Part shown: piece after piece, positions 1 to 10,405 of the stretch
Position numbering within the stretch: the stretch's first letter is position 1
Layout of the letters: each line of letters starts with the position of its first letter
Assembly: GCA_965243395.1 (NCBI GenBank)
Contig: CBDEUS010000001.1
Span: forward strand, 736,001-800,000
Direction of reading: 5' to 3'
DNA from: Gammaproteobacteria bacterium
Lineage (GTDB): Bacteria; Pseudomonadota; Gammaproteobacteria; UBA4575
DNA length: 64,000 bases
Program-made: the position numbers and the translations under genes
The notes under the pieces: model-generated
Told to the model about the DNA's origin: nothing
Database searches by the model: none
What the model saw: the letters and a program-made list of their open reading frames with translations, nothing else

Positions 1-606
1 TTAATTGAAGTGTCACCAGGTGAAGTGGCAGGTATTAAAAGTGCAACTATAAAATTTGAAGGAGATTATGCTTTTGGTTGGTTACGAACAGAAACAGGAG
101 TGCACCGACTTGTTCGAAAGTCTCCTTTTGATTCTGGAAACCGCAGACATACATCTTTTGCAGCGGTATTTGTTTCTCCAGAAATAGATGACGATATTGA
201 AATTGATATTAACCCTGCAGATTTGCGCATTGATGTTTACCGAGCAAGTGGTGCCGGAGGGCAGCATGTAAATAAAACGGAATCTGCTGTAAGAATTACA
301 CATTTGCCAACCGGCGTTGTGACACAATGTCAAAATGATCGTTCACAACATAAAAATAAAGATATAGCAATGAAACAACTTAAAGCAAAACTTTATGAGT
401 TGGAGATACAAAAAAGACAAGGTGAACAGCAAGCAGTAGAAGATAGTAAAGCGGATATTGGATGGGGGAGTCAGATACGTTCATATGTGCTGGACCAGTC
501 GCGAATAAAAGATTTACGTACCTCTGTTGAAACGGGCAACACTCAAGCAGTATTAGATGGTGATTTGGATCAGTTTATCGAAGCCAGCCTTAAATCGGGA
601 TTATAA
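1..606 (+). CDS. prfB: peptide chain release factor 2 (3' part; starts before the window)
   Basis: SPF stop-recognition motif (RKSPFDS), GGQ motif ([17 protein letters not shown]), WGSQIRSY; directly upstream of lysS. Confidence 0.98.
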   Translation, partial: LIEVSPGEVAGIKSATIKFEGDYAFGWLRTETGVHRLVRKSPFDSGNRRHTSFAAVFVSPEIDDDIEIDINPADLRIDVYRASGAGGQHVNKTESAVRITHLPTGVVTQCQNDRSQHKNKDIAMKQLKAKLYELEIQKRQGEQQAVEDSKADIGWGSQIRSYVLDQSRIKDLRTSVETGNTQAVLDGDLDQFIEASLKSGL

Positions 607-620
607 ATAGTTAACTTAGT

Positions 621-2111
621 ATGTCAGAAGAAAATAATATTAGTGAACAGGAAGAAAATAAACTGATTGCGCAGCGACGTGCAAAGTTAAATGAGTTGCG
701 TAATAAAGGAAACGCTTACCCGAATGTATTTAGGCGTGACAGTTATGCACAAGACTTGCAAGAACAATTTAGTGCTAAAACAAAAGAAGAACTTGCAGAG
801 TTAAATCAAATTGCAGCCGTTGCCGGGCGCATCATGGCAAAACGAGGACCGTTTCTTGTCTTGCAGGACATGTCCGGTCGTATTCAGTCGTATATAGATC
901 GCAAAAGCCTAGATAAAGAACTAGTAAAAGAAATTGATACTTGGGATATAGGGGACATTATTGGTGTAAAGGGACCCATAAGTAAATCTGGTAAAGGTGA
1001 TCTATATGTAAAAATAGAATCCGTATTATTACTAACTAAATCATTGCGGCCTTTACCTGAAAAATTTCACGGCTTAACAGATCAGGAACTACGTTATCGC
1101 CAGCGCTATGTAGATCTAATCATGAATGAAGACACGCGTAGTGTCTTCAAAATGCGAACTAAGATTATTCAATATATTCGTGATTTTCTAACTGAACGCA
1201 GGTTTACTGAAGTTGAAACACCCATGATGCAGGCTATTCCTGGCGGTGCGGTCGCTCGTCCATTTGAAACGTTTCACCATGCGTTAGATATTCCCTTGTA
1301 TATGCGCATTGCGCCAGAATTATATTTGAAGCGCCTCGTAGTAGGTGGAGTGGAGCGTGTATTTGAAATTAATCGCAGTTTTCGTAATGAGGGTTTATCT
1401 ACTAGACACAACCCAGAATTTACCATGGTGGAGTTCTACCAAGCATATGCAGACTATCATGAGTTAATGGATTTAACTGAAATACTCATGCGAGGACTTT
1501 GTAATGATGTATTAGGAATAACATCTATACAGTATGGTGATGAAACATATAACTTTGACAAACCCTTTACACGCATGACGGTTAAAGAATCTATTTTGCA
1601 TTTTAATCCGAATATAACGGAAACAGATATTGATGATGTAGAGAAAGCTAAAAATGTTGCTGAAACGCTCAGCATACCCATTAAGGATGCTTATGGTTTA
1701 GGTAAAATTCAAATTGAAATTTTTGAGAAGACGGTAGAAGAAAAACTCAAAGATCCAACTTTTATTACCCAATACCCAACTGAAGTATCACCTCTTGCAA
1801 GAAGAAGTGATGAAGACCCTTTTGTTACGGATCGATTTGAATTTTTTGTCGGTGGTCGAGAAATTGCCAATGGTTTTTCTGAATTAAACGATCCTGAAGA
1901 TCAGGCAGAACGTTTTAAAAAACAAGTTATAGAAAAAGATGCTGGTGATGATGAAGCCATGCATTACGATGAAGATTATATTCGTGCATTGGAATATGGT
2001 TTACCACCTACAGCAGGCGAGGGAATTGGAATTGATCGATTAGTGATGTTGTTTACGAATACGCATAGTATTCGCGACGTGATTTTATTTCCGCATATGC
2101 GTCCTGAATAG
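621..2111 (+). CDS. lysS: lysine--tRNA ligase (class II)
   Basis: [47 protein letters not shown]...[10 protein letters not shown]. Confidence 0.99.
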   Translation: MSEENNISEQEENKLIAQRRAKLNELRNKGNAYPNVFRRDSYAQDLQEQFSAKTKEELAELNQIAAVAGRIMAKRGPFLVLQDMSGRIQSYIDRKSLDKELVKEIDTWDIGDIIGVKGPISKSGKGDLYVKIESVLLLTKSLRPLPEKFHGLTDQELRYRQRYVDLIMNEDTRSVFKMRTKIIQYIRDFLTERRFTEVETPMMQAIPGGAVARPFETFHHALDIPLYMRIAPELYLKRLVVGGVERVFEINRSFRNEGLSTRHNPEFTMVEFYQAYADYHELMDLTEILMRGLCNDVLGITSIQYGDETYNFDKPFTRMTVKESILHFNPNITETDIDDVEKAKNVAETLSIPIKDAYGLGKIQIEIFEKTVEEKLKDPTFITQYPTEVSPLARRSDEDPFVTDRFEFFVGGREIANGFSELNDPEDQAERFKKQVIEKDAGDDEAMHYDEDYIRALEYGLPPTAGEGIGIDRLVMLFTNTHSIRDVILFPHMRPE

Positions 2112-2115
2112 TTTC

Positions 2116-3159
2116 TTATTGCTCCATATCTAAAGAATAAGGTAATGACTCGTGAAAAATCTTACCACTATTCTTTTCTCCAAGATGTAAATCATCTGCG
2201 TTTTCTTTCGCTGTGCGTAATACTGTTAGAGCGGAGCAATTATTTTCATTTATTTTATGTGCAGTAACGATTTTGCCTACTGGCTGGTCACCATCCGATT
2301 TAGAATAAACATTATCACCTGCTAAAGGACATTTGGTGTCGTCAATTTTTATACGATACATTCGACGATTCGGTTTTCCCAAGTAATGCGTGCGAGCAAC
2401 GATTTCTTGTCCTGGATAGCATCCTTTTTGAAAATTTACACCATCAATTAGTTCTAGATTTACCATTTGCGGAATAAAGGCTTCACTGGTTACAGAAGTT
2501 ATTTGTGGGATTCCATCTTGGATATCAAATATTTCCCATATTGAAGAATTCGCTAGTGTTACTTGTTTGGAAATATCATTCCAAATGTTTATTGCACGAT
2601 CTACTTTGCAGATAAATAGATAACGCAAATTTAGACTAGGTATTTTAATAACTGTTGAATCAGAAATTTGTGTAACCTGATTATTTTCTTTTAGTGGAGT
2701 TAGATTAACTGTACTAAGAATCTCATCAGAGCCAGGACCCGCTAGACCAAATACAACATACTCATCAGAGACGTCCTTTAACTCAACTTTAGCCATCAAT
2801 TTAAACATGTTGAGTTTTTTTAAAGTAATTTCAATCGTATCTTTGTGTAGTAATAGAAAATAATTTTCACTTTGTTTGAAAACACGAAATATCGATAGCA
2901 TTCTTCCTTTGGGATTACAGTAACTACTCAGTTGACTCATGTCAGAAGTAATTGCGTTAAAATCATTAGTAAATTGTCCATGCAAAAAGCTTTGAGTCTC
3001 TTCACCACTCGCTTGTATGATTCCTAAATTTGATAAGTCACATAAATAGGTACTTTCGGTACTGAAGCTCAAATTTTCCGTGTCAGAGAAAGAAACAAGT
3101 CGATCATTGTCTAATACAGCACCGCGCTTTACTAAATATTCTTGCCAGATGTTGTTCAT
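2116..3159 (-). CDS. ygfZ: folate-binding Fe-S/tRNA-modification protein YgfZ
   Basis: Signature KGCYPGQEIVAR; GcvT-like N-terminus. Confidence 0.95.
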   Translation of the reverse strand: MNNIWQEYLVKRGAVLDNDRLVSFSDTENLSFSTESTYLCDLSNLGIIQASGEETQSFLHGQFTNDFNAITSDMSQLSSYCNPKGRMLSIFRVFKQSENYFLLLHKDTIEITLKKLNMFKLMAKVELKDVSDEYVVFGLAGPGSDEILSTVNLTPLKENNQVTQISDSTVIKIPSLNLRYLFICKVDRAINIWNDISKQVTLANSSIWEIFDIQDGIPQITSVTSEAFIPQMVNLELIDGVNFQKGCYPGQEIVARTHYLGKPNRRMYRIKIDDTKCPLAGDNVYSKSDGDQPVGKIVTAHKINENNCSALTVLRTAKENADDLHLGEKNSGKIFHESLPYSLDMEQ

Positions 3160-3419
3160 AATAAGTTGCTTAAATTTCAGTCAAAATAAATAAATCGTAC
3201 ATTTAATTAGGTTTTAGGGTACTTAAATTATTGCAAATCATAGAATTAAATTCATTTAAGCGATTGTTATTGTTCACATTTCTTTAGAGATATGTTCAAT
3301 ATCCAGTGTCAATCGGGTAGTATTCAGACCATAATAAATCGATTTCATCACCTCTACTAAATGGATGTTTAAATAAGTATTTCCAGAGGTGTACTAGCAA
3401 GCAATGTAAGAGGAGTTAC

Positions 3420-3803
3420 ATGGCGAATAATCAACGGCCATTATCGCCACATTTGGGAATTTATAAATGGCCTTTAGCCATGGCGATTTCGATTCTTCAC
3501 CGAATTACCGGTGTAGCCCTAGCAGTTGGCGCTGTATTGATGGTTGCTTTATTTGTAGCCATAGCCTCTGATCCCGAATGTTATGAATGGATGCGATCAA
3601 TACTTGCGGGCAAAATTGGTAAATCATTTTTATTCCTTTGGACAATTGCACTTTTTTTGCACCTATTCAACGGCATACGACATTTGTTTTGGGATGCTGG
3701 CTACGGGTTCGATAAACAAACAACATTTAACTCTGGTGTTTACACTCTATTAGCAACCGTAGCATTGACTGTTGCAGTATGGGGTGTCGCATATTTTTCT
3801 TAA
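3420..3803 (+). CDS. sdhC: succinate dehydrogenase cytochrome b556 subunit
   Basis: RPLSPHL, SILHRITG, HLFNGIRHLFWD; SD AAGAGGAG at 3408-3415. Confidence 0.97.
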   Translation: MANNQRPLSPHLGIYKWPLAMAISILHRITGVALAVGAVLMVALFVAIASDPECYEWMRSILAGKIGKSFLFLWTIALFLHLFNGIRHLFWDAGYGFDKQTTFNSGVYTLLATVALTVAVWGVAYFS

Positions 3804-3813
3804 AAACTAAATT

Positions 3814-4185
3814 ATGTCATTACGAACTCCATTATCTGAGGCCAAAGGATTAGGATCTGCAAAAGAGGGTGCTAGTCACTGGTGGCTGCAAAGATTAACT
3901 GCAATTGCATTAATTCCTCTAGCCATTTGGTTGGCGTTTGCAGTAGCTAAGTTAGGAAGCGCAGATTATGAAACTGTAGTTGCCTGGCTTTCAAGCCCAT
4001 ATGTTGCAGTCGCACTAATTATATTTGTTGTAGCGACGTTTTATCACACGCAACTTGGTTTACAAGTAATTGTTGAAGACTATGTTCATGGTTGGTTGAA
4101 AATAGTGACTTTGGTAATAATTAATTTTCTATGCATCGTATTAGCGGTAATTGGAATTGTTGCACTACTTAAAATCTTTTTATAA
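3814..4185 (+). CDS. sdhD: succinate dehydrogenase membrane anchor
   Basis: GLGSAKEGASHWWLQRLTA, HTQLGLQVIVEDYVH. Confidence 0.97.
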   Translation: MSLRTPLSEAKGLGSAKEGASHWWLQRLTAIALIPLAIWLAFAVAKLGSADYETVVAWLSSPYVAVALIIFVVATFYHTQLGLQVIVEDYVHGWLKIVTLVIINFLCIVLAVIGIVALLKIFL

Positions 4186-4194
4186 AAACTAACG

Positions 4195-5985
4195 ATGAGT
4201 AAAGCTTACAATATTATTGAGCATGCCTATGATGTAGTAGTTGTAGGTGCAGGTGGTGCAGGATTGCGCGCAACTTTAGGTATGGCAGTCAGTGGTTTGT
4301 CTACTGCATGCATTACTAAAGTATTTCCTACAAGAAGCCACACAGTAGCGGCACAAGGTGGAATGAGTGCGGCACTGGGTAATATGGGCGAAGATGATTG
4401 GCGTTGGCATATGTACGATACCGTTAAAGGTTCGGATTGGTTAGGTGACCAGGATGCAATTGAATATATGTGTCGGGAAGCGATTCCGGCAGTGGTCGAG
4501 CTTGAACATTATGGTGTGCCATTTTCCAGAACCGATGCGGGGAAAATTTACCAACGGCCATTTGGTGGAATGACTACTCACTATGGTGAAGGTATAGCAC
4601 AGCGAACATGCGCTGCAGCAGATCGAACAGGTCATGCAATTCTGCATACGTTATACCAACAGTCTTTAAAACATAATGCTGAGTTTTTTATTGAATATTT
4701 TGCAACTGATTTATTGATGGATGACGATGGTAGTTGTAAAGGTGTAATGGCGTGGGACTTGGCAACAGGTGATTTGCATATCTACCGTGCACACATGGTT
4801 TTGCTTGCTACGGGTGGTTACGGACGGACTTATTTTTCGTGTACGTCTGCGCATACCTGCACGGGTGATGGGAATGGGATGGTATTGCGAGCAGGGCTTC
4901 CTCTGCAGGACATGGAATTTGTGCAGTTTCACCCAACTGGAATTTATGGCGCAGGTTGCCTTATTACAGAAGGTGTGCGAGGTGAAGGGGGTTACTTAAC
5001 AAATTCTGATGGTGAACGTTTTATGGAACGTTATGCACCTAATGCTAAAGATTTAGCATCACGTGATGTTGTAAGCCGATCCATGACCGTTGAAATTAAT
5101 GAAGGTAGAGGGATCGGAGAAGAAAATGATCATATCCATCTACACTTGGAACATTTAGGTGCGGATTTGATTAATGAAAAACTCCCCGGAATTGCCGAGT
5201 CTGCCAGAATTTTTGCGGGTGTAGATGTCACAAAAGAACCGATACCGGTTATACCAACCGTGCACTACAACATGGGCGGTATTCCAACTAATTATCATGG
5301 CGAAGTGGTGACATTAAACAATGGTGATCCGGATACAGTTATTCCAGGTCTGATGGCTATTGGCGAAGCTGCTTGTGTATCCGTGCATGGTGCTAATCGT
5401 TTAGGTTCGAACTCACTACTTGATTTGGTTGTATTTGGTAGGGCGGCTGCCATTCGAACATCCGAGCTCGTTAAACCCAAGCAAGCTCATAGCGAATTAA
5501 AGAACGGTGCAGTAGATAAAGTTTTAGATCGCTTTGATAAATTACGACATGCAAACGGCAGTGTGGCGACAGCCGACTTGCGTTTAGAAATGCAAAAGAC
5601 GATGCAAAATCATGCTGCTGTATTTCGAACTGGGGAATCTATAGAAAAAGGTTTGCAAAAGCTTAAAGTATTGAATGATCAAATGGATGATCTAAAAGTT
5701 ACAGATCGCTCTATGATCTGGAATACGGATTTAGTTGAAACTTTAGAACTCACTAATTTAATGCCACAAGCCTTGGCTACTGCACAATCGGCATTAAATA
5801 GAACTGAAAGTCGTGGCGCACAAGCGCGTGATGATTATCCTGAACGTGATGATGACAATTGGATGAAGCATACTCTAGTCTCAGTGGACTCTAAAGGAGA
5901 CGTTACAATCGATTATCGTCCAGTGCATATGTATACACAAACAGATGATGTGGAAGTGATTCCACCTAAAGCAAGAACCTATTAA
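4195..5985 (+). CDS. sdhA: succinate dehydrogenase flavoprotein
   Basis: GAGGAG FAD motif, [10 protein letters not shown] covalent FAD His, [11 protein letters not shown]. Confidence 0.99.
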   Translation: MSKAYNIIEHAYDVVVVGAGGAGLRATLGMAVSGLSTACITKVFPTRSHTVAAQGGMSAALGNMGEDDWRWHMYDTVKGSDWLGDQDAIEYMCREAIPAVVELEHYGVPFSRTDAGKIYQRPFGGMTTHYGEGIAQRTCAAADRTGHAILHTLYQQSLKHNAEFFIEYFATDLLMDDDGSCKGVMAWDLATGDLHIYRAHMVLLATGGYGRTYFSCTSAHTCTGDGNGMVLRAGLPLQDMEFVQFHPTGIYGAGCLITEGVRGEGGYLTNSDGERFMERYAPNAKDLASRDVVSRSMTVEINEGRGIGEENDHIHLHLEHLGADLINEKLPGIAESARIFAGVDVTKEPIPVIPTVHYNMGGIPTNYHGEVVTLNNGDPDTVIPGLMAIGEAACVSVHGANRLGSNSLLDLVVFGRAAAIRTSELVKPKQAHSELKNGAVDKVLDRFDKLRHANGSVATADLRLEMQKTMQNHAAVFRTGESIEKGLQKLKVLNDQMDDLKVTDRSMIWNTDLVETLELTNLMPQALATAQSALNRTESRGAQARDDYPERDDDNWMKHTLVSVDSKGDVTIDYRPVHMYTQTDDVEVIPPKARTY

Positions 5986-6006
5986 ATTTTATATTGAGTA
6001 ATTTAT

Positions 6007-6789
6007 ATGGCGCAATTTACTTTACCTGCTAATTCTGTTGTCAAACCAGGCAAAACCTTTAAATGCCCAACGAATAGTAACAATATTAAAAAAGTAACTG
6101 TATATCGTTACGAGCCAGACACTGGAGAAAATCCTCGTACGGATACTTATGAAGTGGATATGAATGACTGTGGCCCAATGATTTTAGATATCCTTATCAA
6201 AATCAAAAATGAAATGGACCCTACGTTAAGTTTTAGGAGATCTTGTCGAGAAGGTATTTGTGGATCATGTTCGATGAATATCAACGGTTCAAACACACTC
6301 GCATGCACGAAAGCGGTTGATGATTACAATGGGGATTTAAAAATTTATCCTTTACCACATTTGCCAGTGGTAAAAGACTTGGTAGGTGATTTAACAAATT
6401 TTTATGCGCAATACGCATCTGTAAAACCCTGGATGCAAGCGGATACTCCACCACCGCCTGATCGTGAGCGATTACAATCCAAGGAAGATCGCGAAAAGTT
6501 AGAAGGGCTAGAAGAATGTATTTTATGTGCTTGTTGTTCTACAAGCTGTCCAAGCTATTGGTGGAATAGTGATCGGTATTTGGGTCCAGCCACTTTATTG
6601 CAAGCATATCGGTGGATAGCAGATAGTCGTGATGAAGCGACAGGAGAACGCCTAGATGAGCTAGAAGACCCATTTAAATTGTATCGCTGTCATACCATCA
6701 TGAATTGTACGAATACATGCCCTAAAGGATTGAATCCAGCAAAAGCAATTGCAGAAATTAAAAAATTGATTGCCGCCAGAAGAAATTAA
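6007..6789 (+). CDS. sdhB: succinate dehydrogenase iron-sulfur subunit
   Basis: [34 protein letters not shown]. Confidence 0.99.
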   Translation: MAQFTLPANSVVKPGKTFKCPTNSNNIKKVTVYRYEPDTGENPRTDTYEVDMNDCGPMILDILIKIKNEMDPTLSFRRSCREGICGSCSMNINGSNTLACTKAVDDYNGDLKIYPLPHLPVVKDLVGDLTNFYAQYASVKPWMQADTPPPPDRERLQSKEDREKLEGLEECILCACCSTSCPSYWWNSDRYLGPATLLQAYRWIADSRDEATGERLDELEDPFKLYRCHTIMNCTNTCPKGLNPAKAIAEIKKLIAARRN

Positions 6790-6794
6790 AACGA

Positions 6795-7028
6795 TTGCCT
6801 GAAAATGTTAACAAATTAGCATGGCGCTGCCGACGCGGCACTAAAGAATTAGATGTTTTAATGCAAAAATTTCTTAATAATTTCTATCTATCTGCTCCTG
6901 AAGAATTACAACAAGCCTTTGAGCGTATGCTGGATATGCAGGATCCAGAATTATATGATTTACTTATAGGACGACAACCTTCTTCGGATCATGCGATAAA
7001 TAAAGTGATTGAATACATCTACCGCTAA
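6795..7028 (+). CDS. sdhE: FAD assembly factor SdhE (YgfY)
   Basis: WRCRRGTKELD motif; follows sdhB; TTG start. Confidence 0.93.
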   Translation: MPENVNKLAWRCRRGTKELDVLMQKFLNNFYLSAPEELQQAFERMLDMQDPELYDLLIGRQPSSDHAINKVIEYIYR

Positions 7029-7440
7029 TGTCAATTTGATTTTAAAACCTTCCAGGGTTTTATTACTAGTTTTTAGTTTTCTCTATTTGCTAGCAATTAT
7101 CTCAGTACTTTTATTATCAGTGCATGTGTGGATAAAAGTGTTATTTATAGTTTCCATCATATTGATGGGTTATTTTCAAATTAAACAATATGCATTGCTT
7201 GTTTCAAAGGATGCAATTAGACTCTTAAATTGTTCTTCCAAAAATAAATGTAAGCTTGAGCTAAATAACAAACATCGTTATTTAACAAGTATTGTTTCTG
7301 CTAATTGGTTGTTTAACTATTTTGCGGTAATAGTTTTGCAAAGTAGCACAAAAAAGTTTAGCGTCATTATCGCAAAAGATGCTTTGAGTCAAGAGCAATT
7401 CTATACATTGCGTTTATACCTTCGGTCTTTAAATAATTAA
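7009..7440 (+). CDS. ygfX: YgfX/CptA-family inner membrane protein
   Basis: Two N-terminal TM segments, C-terminal 'DALSQEQFYTLRLYL', usual position overlapping sdhE. Confidence 0.7.
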   Translation: MNTSTANVNLILKPSRVLLLVFSFLYLLAIISVLLLSVHVWIKVLFIVSIILMGYFQIKQYALLVSKDAIRLLNCSSKNKCKLELNNKHRYLTSIVSANWLFNYFAVIVLQSSTKKFSVIIAKDALSQEQFYTLRLYLRSLNN

Positions 7441-7583
7441 CGATAAGTAAAACAAATTTCACTCGTTTTCAACTTTGTGAGAGACTTCAAATTATGCAAA
7501 AATGAATTTGCATAAAACGTATAACGACTATTTTGAAATTTTATTAATCGAGGTAGTGGACAAACGCATGCCACATTAGTTAA

Positions 7584-8129
7584 ATGAAACTACACCTTCA
7601 ACAAGGACGAATTCTCGCGCCACCTTTGCCGAATTCTTTTGCAGGGTTGATGGAGATGTACGAAGGTAATTATATTCGCTTGCGTAAATTATTAGGTGAT
7701 AAAGACAATATACCGGCAGTAGCAGTATCTCGTGTTGCTAAGGGTATGGATTTATATCTACAGGTATTGGATCAAACCAAATATACATCCACTATAGCTT
7801 TGACCTATTATTTTTCGGATGCTGATCAGGGTTTTCTGGCGTACCCGAACCTCAAAATTAGGCTCTATTATGATGCCCTTCAAGCCGAAGTTATGAGCCA
7901 GGCTTATCGGCGTAGAGACCCTAATTTCCATGCTTTCAATTATTCTCATGACCCATCGTTACTAAAAAGATGGCGTATGAATCGCTTTTTGTTCAAGTGG
8001 TTAGCCTATTGTGGGCGCCAAGGACATACCTTCCATCTCGCTGATGTTCTGCCTAAAAATCAACTGATTACAAATAATGTGGAAATTCCATTGCAGGGCA
8101 GTCTTACTTCCAGTACCATATTTGAGTGA
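7584..8129 (+). CDS. DUF1249 (YqiB-like) protein
   Basis: MYEGNYIRLRKLL, RLYYDALQAEV and MNRFLFKWLAYC resemble DUF1249 motifs. Confidence 0.8.
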   Translation: MKLHLQQGRILAPPLPNSFAGLMEMYEGNYIRLRKLLGDKDNIPAVAVSRVAKGMDLYLQVLDQTKYTSTIALTYYFSDADQGFLAYPNLKIRLYYDALQAEVMSQAYRRRDPNFHAFNYSHDPSLLKRWRMNRFLFKWLAYCGRQGHTFHLADVLPKNQLITNNVEIPLQGSLTSSTIFE

Positions 8130-8299
8130 GTAAGTTATCTATATGGTATAACTTCCTGATATATAAGAATAAAAATAATTCTCAGAATTTGGCTCAGTCG
8201 ACATTTTCATTGTGTTTGTTGGTGTTAAAATAACCGCAAGATTAGTGGTTTTGGTGACTAGACCAAATTTTTGCCATTCAAGGTAGAAGGTGAAAGATT

Positions 8300-8773
8300 A
8301 TGAAACTCTCAACAAAAGCCCGTCATGCGATTACTGCAATGATGGATTTAGCAATTAATGATAATTATAAGCCCGTAACACTGGCCGACATTTCCCAGTG
8401 CCAAGGTATTTCCTTGTCTTACTTAGAACAGTTATTTGCAAAATTACGTAAAAACGGTTTAGTTGTAGGTGTGCGTGGACCTGGTGGAGGCTATCGTCTA
8501 TCTCGTTCACCCAATGAGATTTCAGTTGCACAAGTTATTTCAGCAATTGATGAAAACGTACAGCCGCAACAAGAAAACTCAGAGTTGTCTGTACAATTTG
8601 ATGATCGTTGCATTACTCATCAAATTTGGGATGAGCTAAGCGCTAAGATTTACAACTATTTAGATAATGTTTCATTAGGTGAATTTACTCAAAAGCCTGA
8701 GTATCAGGCATTACGCCAACAAGCTACCGGTGGTAACCGTAGCCATATGTTTCCTAAACGTACGGCAGCTTAA
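8300..8773 (+). CDS. Rrf2-family regulator, IscR-like, lacking two of the three cluster Cys
   Basis: VTLADIS..QGISLSYLEQLF.KLRKNGLV..VRGPGGGY.L is near-identical to IscR; only CxxH remains in the ligand loop. Confidence 0.9.
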   Translation: MKLSTKARHAITAMMDLAINDNYKPVTLADISQCQGISLSYLEQLFAKLRKNGLVVGVRGPGGGYRLSRSPNEISVAQVISAIDENVQPQQENSELSVQFDDRCITHQIWDELSAKIYNYLDNVSLGEFTQKPEYQALRQQATGGNRSHMFPKRTAA

Positions 8774-8791
8774 ATTGAGCTAATATTCATG

Positions 8792-8820
8792 AAAAGCCCA
8801 CTTTATAGTGGGCTTTTTTT
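8792..8820 (+). terminator. intrinsic terminator after the Rrf2 gene
   Basis: AAAAGCCCACT-TTAT-AGTGGGCTTTTTTT. Confidence 0.9.
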
Positions 8821-8912
8821 ATGTCCATTCACTATGTTCACAGTGAGATAAAACGCTTATTATTAGCGTAACAATAACAATAAATAATGATAAGAAAATA
8901 GGAGAAGCGGCT

Positions 8913-9770
8913 ATGATGCAGCAAGTCACAGTTGATGGGTTGGATATCAACATAAATATTGAAGAGAGTGGCAGTGGAGATACCACGTTGCTAATGGTGC
9001 ATGGTATTCCTACCAATGCGAGATTATGGAGACATGTACAGGCTATGCTTCCACAATATCGTACCCTCGCTATGGACATGGTGGGTTACGGCCAGTCCGA
9101 CATGCCGTTAGATAAGTTTAAGCATTCGTTCATGAACCAAGCGGAGGCCTTGAAAGGGGTTATCGAAGGTCTTGGTTTAAAAGGTAAAGTCATTCTGGTA
9201 GCTCATGATCATGGTGGTGGAGTCGCGCAAGTATTTGCGAGTAAATATTGCGACTATATTTCCCGTCTTGTTTTAATTAATCCTGTATGTTTTGACCAAT
9301 GGCCAGTGTGTGAAGTTGAAGCCTTGGCAGGGTTAGATGGTGCACCGGATGAGGTATTAGAGATGGCACTAGGGCAGGCAGTAGCTGGATTTCCGGCCTT
9401 GATGCGAATGGGTAGCTATGATGGATCACCCTTTACCGATAAGAACTGCAAACAAAATTATTTACAGTTTTGGGGCCGAGGACCGGGGATGACCGGGTTT
9501 AAATCCTTAATCCGCATTGCTGCTGATCCACAGAATTCTGACACCGATGTTGATCATAGTAAGATTACCTGTCCTACCATGGTGATGTGGGGTGTGGCAG
9601 ATAACTTTATGTCATGCACGGCAGCAGAAAAACTTAAAGAGAGAATCAGTGGCCCAACCCGTGTGCAATACTTAGAACGTGCTGGACACTGGGTCCAGGA
9701 AGATCGTCCGGACGAAGTTGCAAAATATATTAATGACTTTGTAACAGAATGGGCAGGTGTAAATTTATAG
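8913..9770 (+). CDS. alpha/beta hydrolase (epoxide hydrolase/haloalkane dehalogenase superfamily)
   Basis: HGIPT oxyanion motif, GYGQSD, nucleophile AHDHGGG, catalytic His in AGHWVQED; SD AGGAG. Confidence 0.85.
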   Translation: MMQQVTVDGLDININIEESGSGDTTLLMVHGIPTNARLWRHVQAMLPQYRTLAMDMVGYGQSDMPLDKFKHSFMNQAEALKGVIEGLGLKGKVILVAHDHGGGVAQVFASKYCDYISRLVLINPVCFDQWPVCEVEALAGLDGAPDEVLEMALGQAVAGFPALMRMGSYDGSPFTDKNCKQNYLQFWGRGPGMTGFKSLIRIAADPQNSDTDVDHSKITCPTMVMWGVADNFMSCTAAEKLKERISGPTRVQYLERAGHWVQEDRPDEVAKYINDFVTEWAGVNL

Positions 9771-9800
9771 AGCTCCCAGTTCATAAATGCGAGTATAAAG

Positions 9801-9825
9801 AAAGGGCCTCAATTGGCCCTTTTTT
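9801..9825 (+). terminator. intrinsic terminator after the hydrolase gene
   Basis: AAAGGGCC-TCAATT-GGCCCTTTTTT. Confidence 0.88.
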
Positions 9826-9868
9826 ATTTCTGTAGTGCTTGTTAGCTTAATTCTCAAAGATTGAATAG

Positions 9869-10333
9869 ATGAAAGTATTGGTTGTGTTAACAATTCTTGG
9901 TGCAGGAATAGTGACTGGCTTATTATTTGCGTTTTCAAATTTTGTTATGAGCGCATTGAAAGATTTGCCAAATGACAAAGGCATGTATGCAATGCAGCAA
10001 ATCAACAAAAAGATAATAAATCCAATATTTATGTTTTTTTTTCTGGGCACTCCAATTTTATGTATTTTTATTCTTTTTCAAACCCTCTCTGATTTTAAAT
10101 TTACAAACGATATATACTTAACTATCGGCGCATTTGCTTATTTGTTAGGCTCATTTGGAATCACCATGTTATTTAACGTTCCTTTAAACAATCAGCTAGA
10201 GACAACCAACAGTTCTGATGCAGATACTGTGTGGCCTGACTATCAAAATCGATGGCAAAAATGGAATCACATAAGAACTTACGTCGGCATAGTAGCCATT
10301 TTACTACTGTCAGTCGGACTCGCATTAATTTAG
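9869..10333 (+). CDS. DUF1772 / anthrone oxygenase-family membrane protein
   Basis: GLLFAFSNFVMSAL, AMQQIN, TMLFNVPLNNQL, WQKWNHIRT. Confidence 0.85.
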   Translation: MKVLVVLTILGAGIVTGLLFAFSNFVMSALKDLPNDKGMYAMQQINKKIINPIFMFFFLGTPILCIFILFQTLSDFKFTNDIYLTIGAFAYLLGSFGITMLFNVPLNNQLETTNSSDADTVWPDYQNRWQKWNHIRTYVGIVAILLLSVGLALI

Positions 10334-10405
10334 GTTGCTAGCCTTTTGTATTAAACGCTAGAGTAAGTTTTTACAGCATCTTTATCTAGTTCTGGAATTA
10401 ATTAA

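Noticed and set aside
1-606. prfB programmed +1 frameshift
   Set aside because: The slippery site lies near the 5' end of the gene, outside this window, so it cannot be assessed
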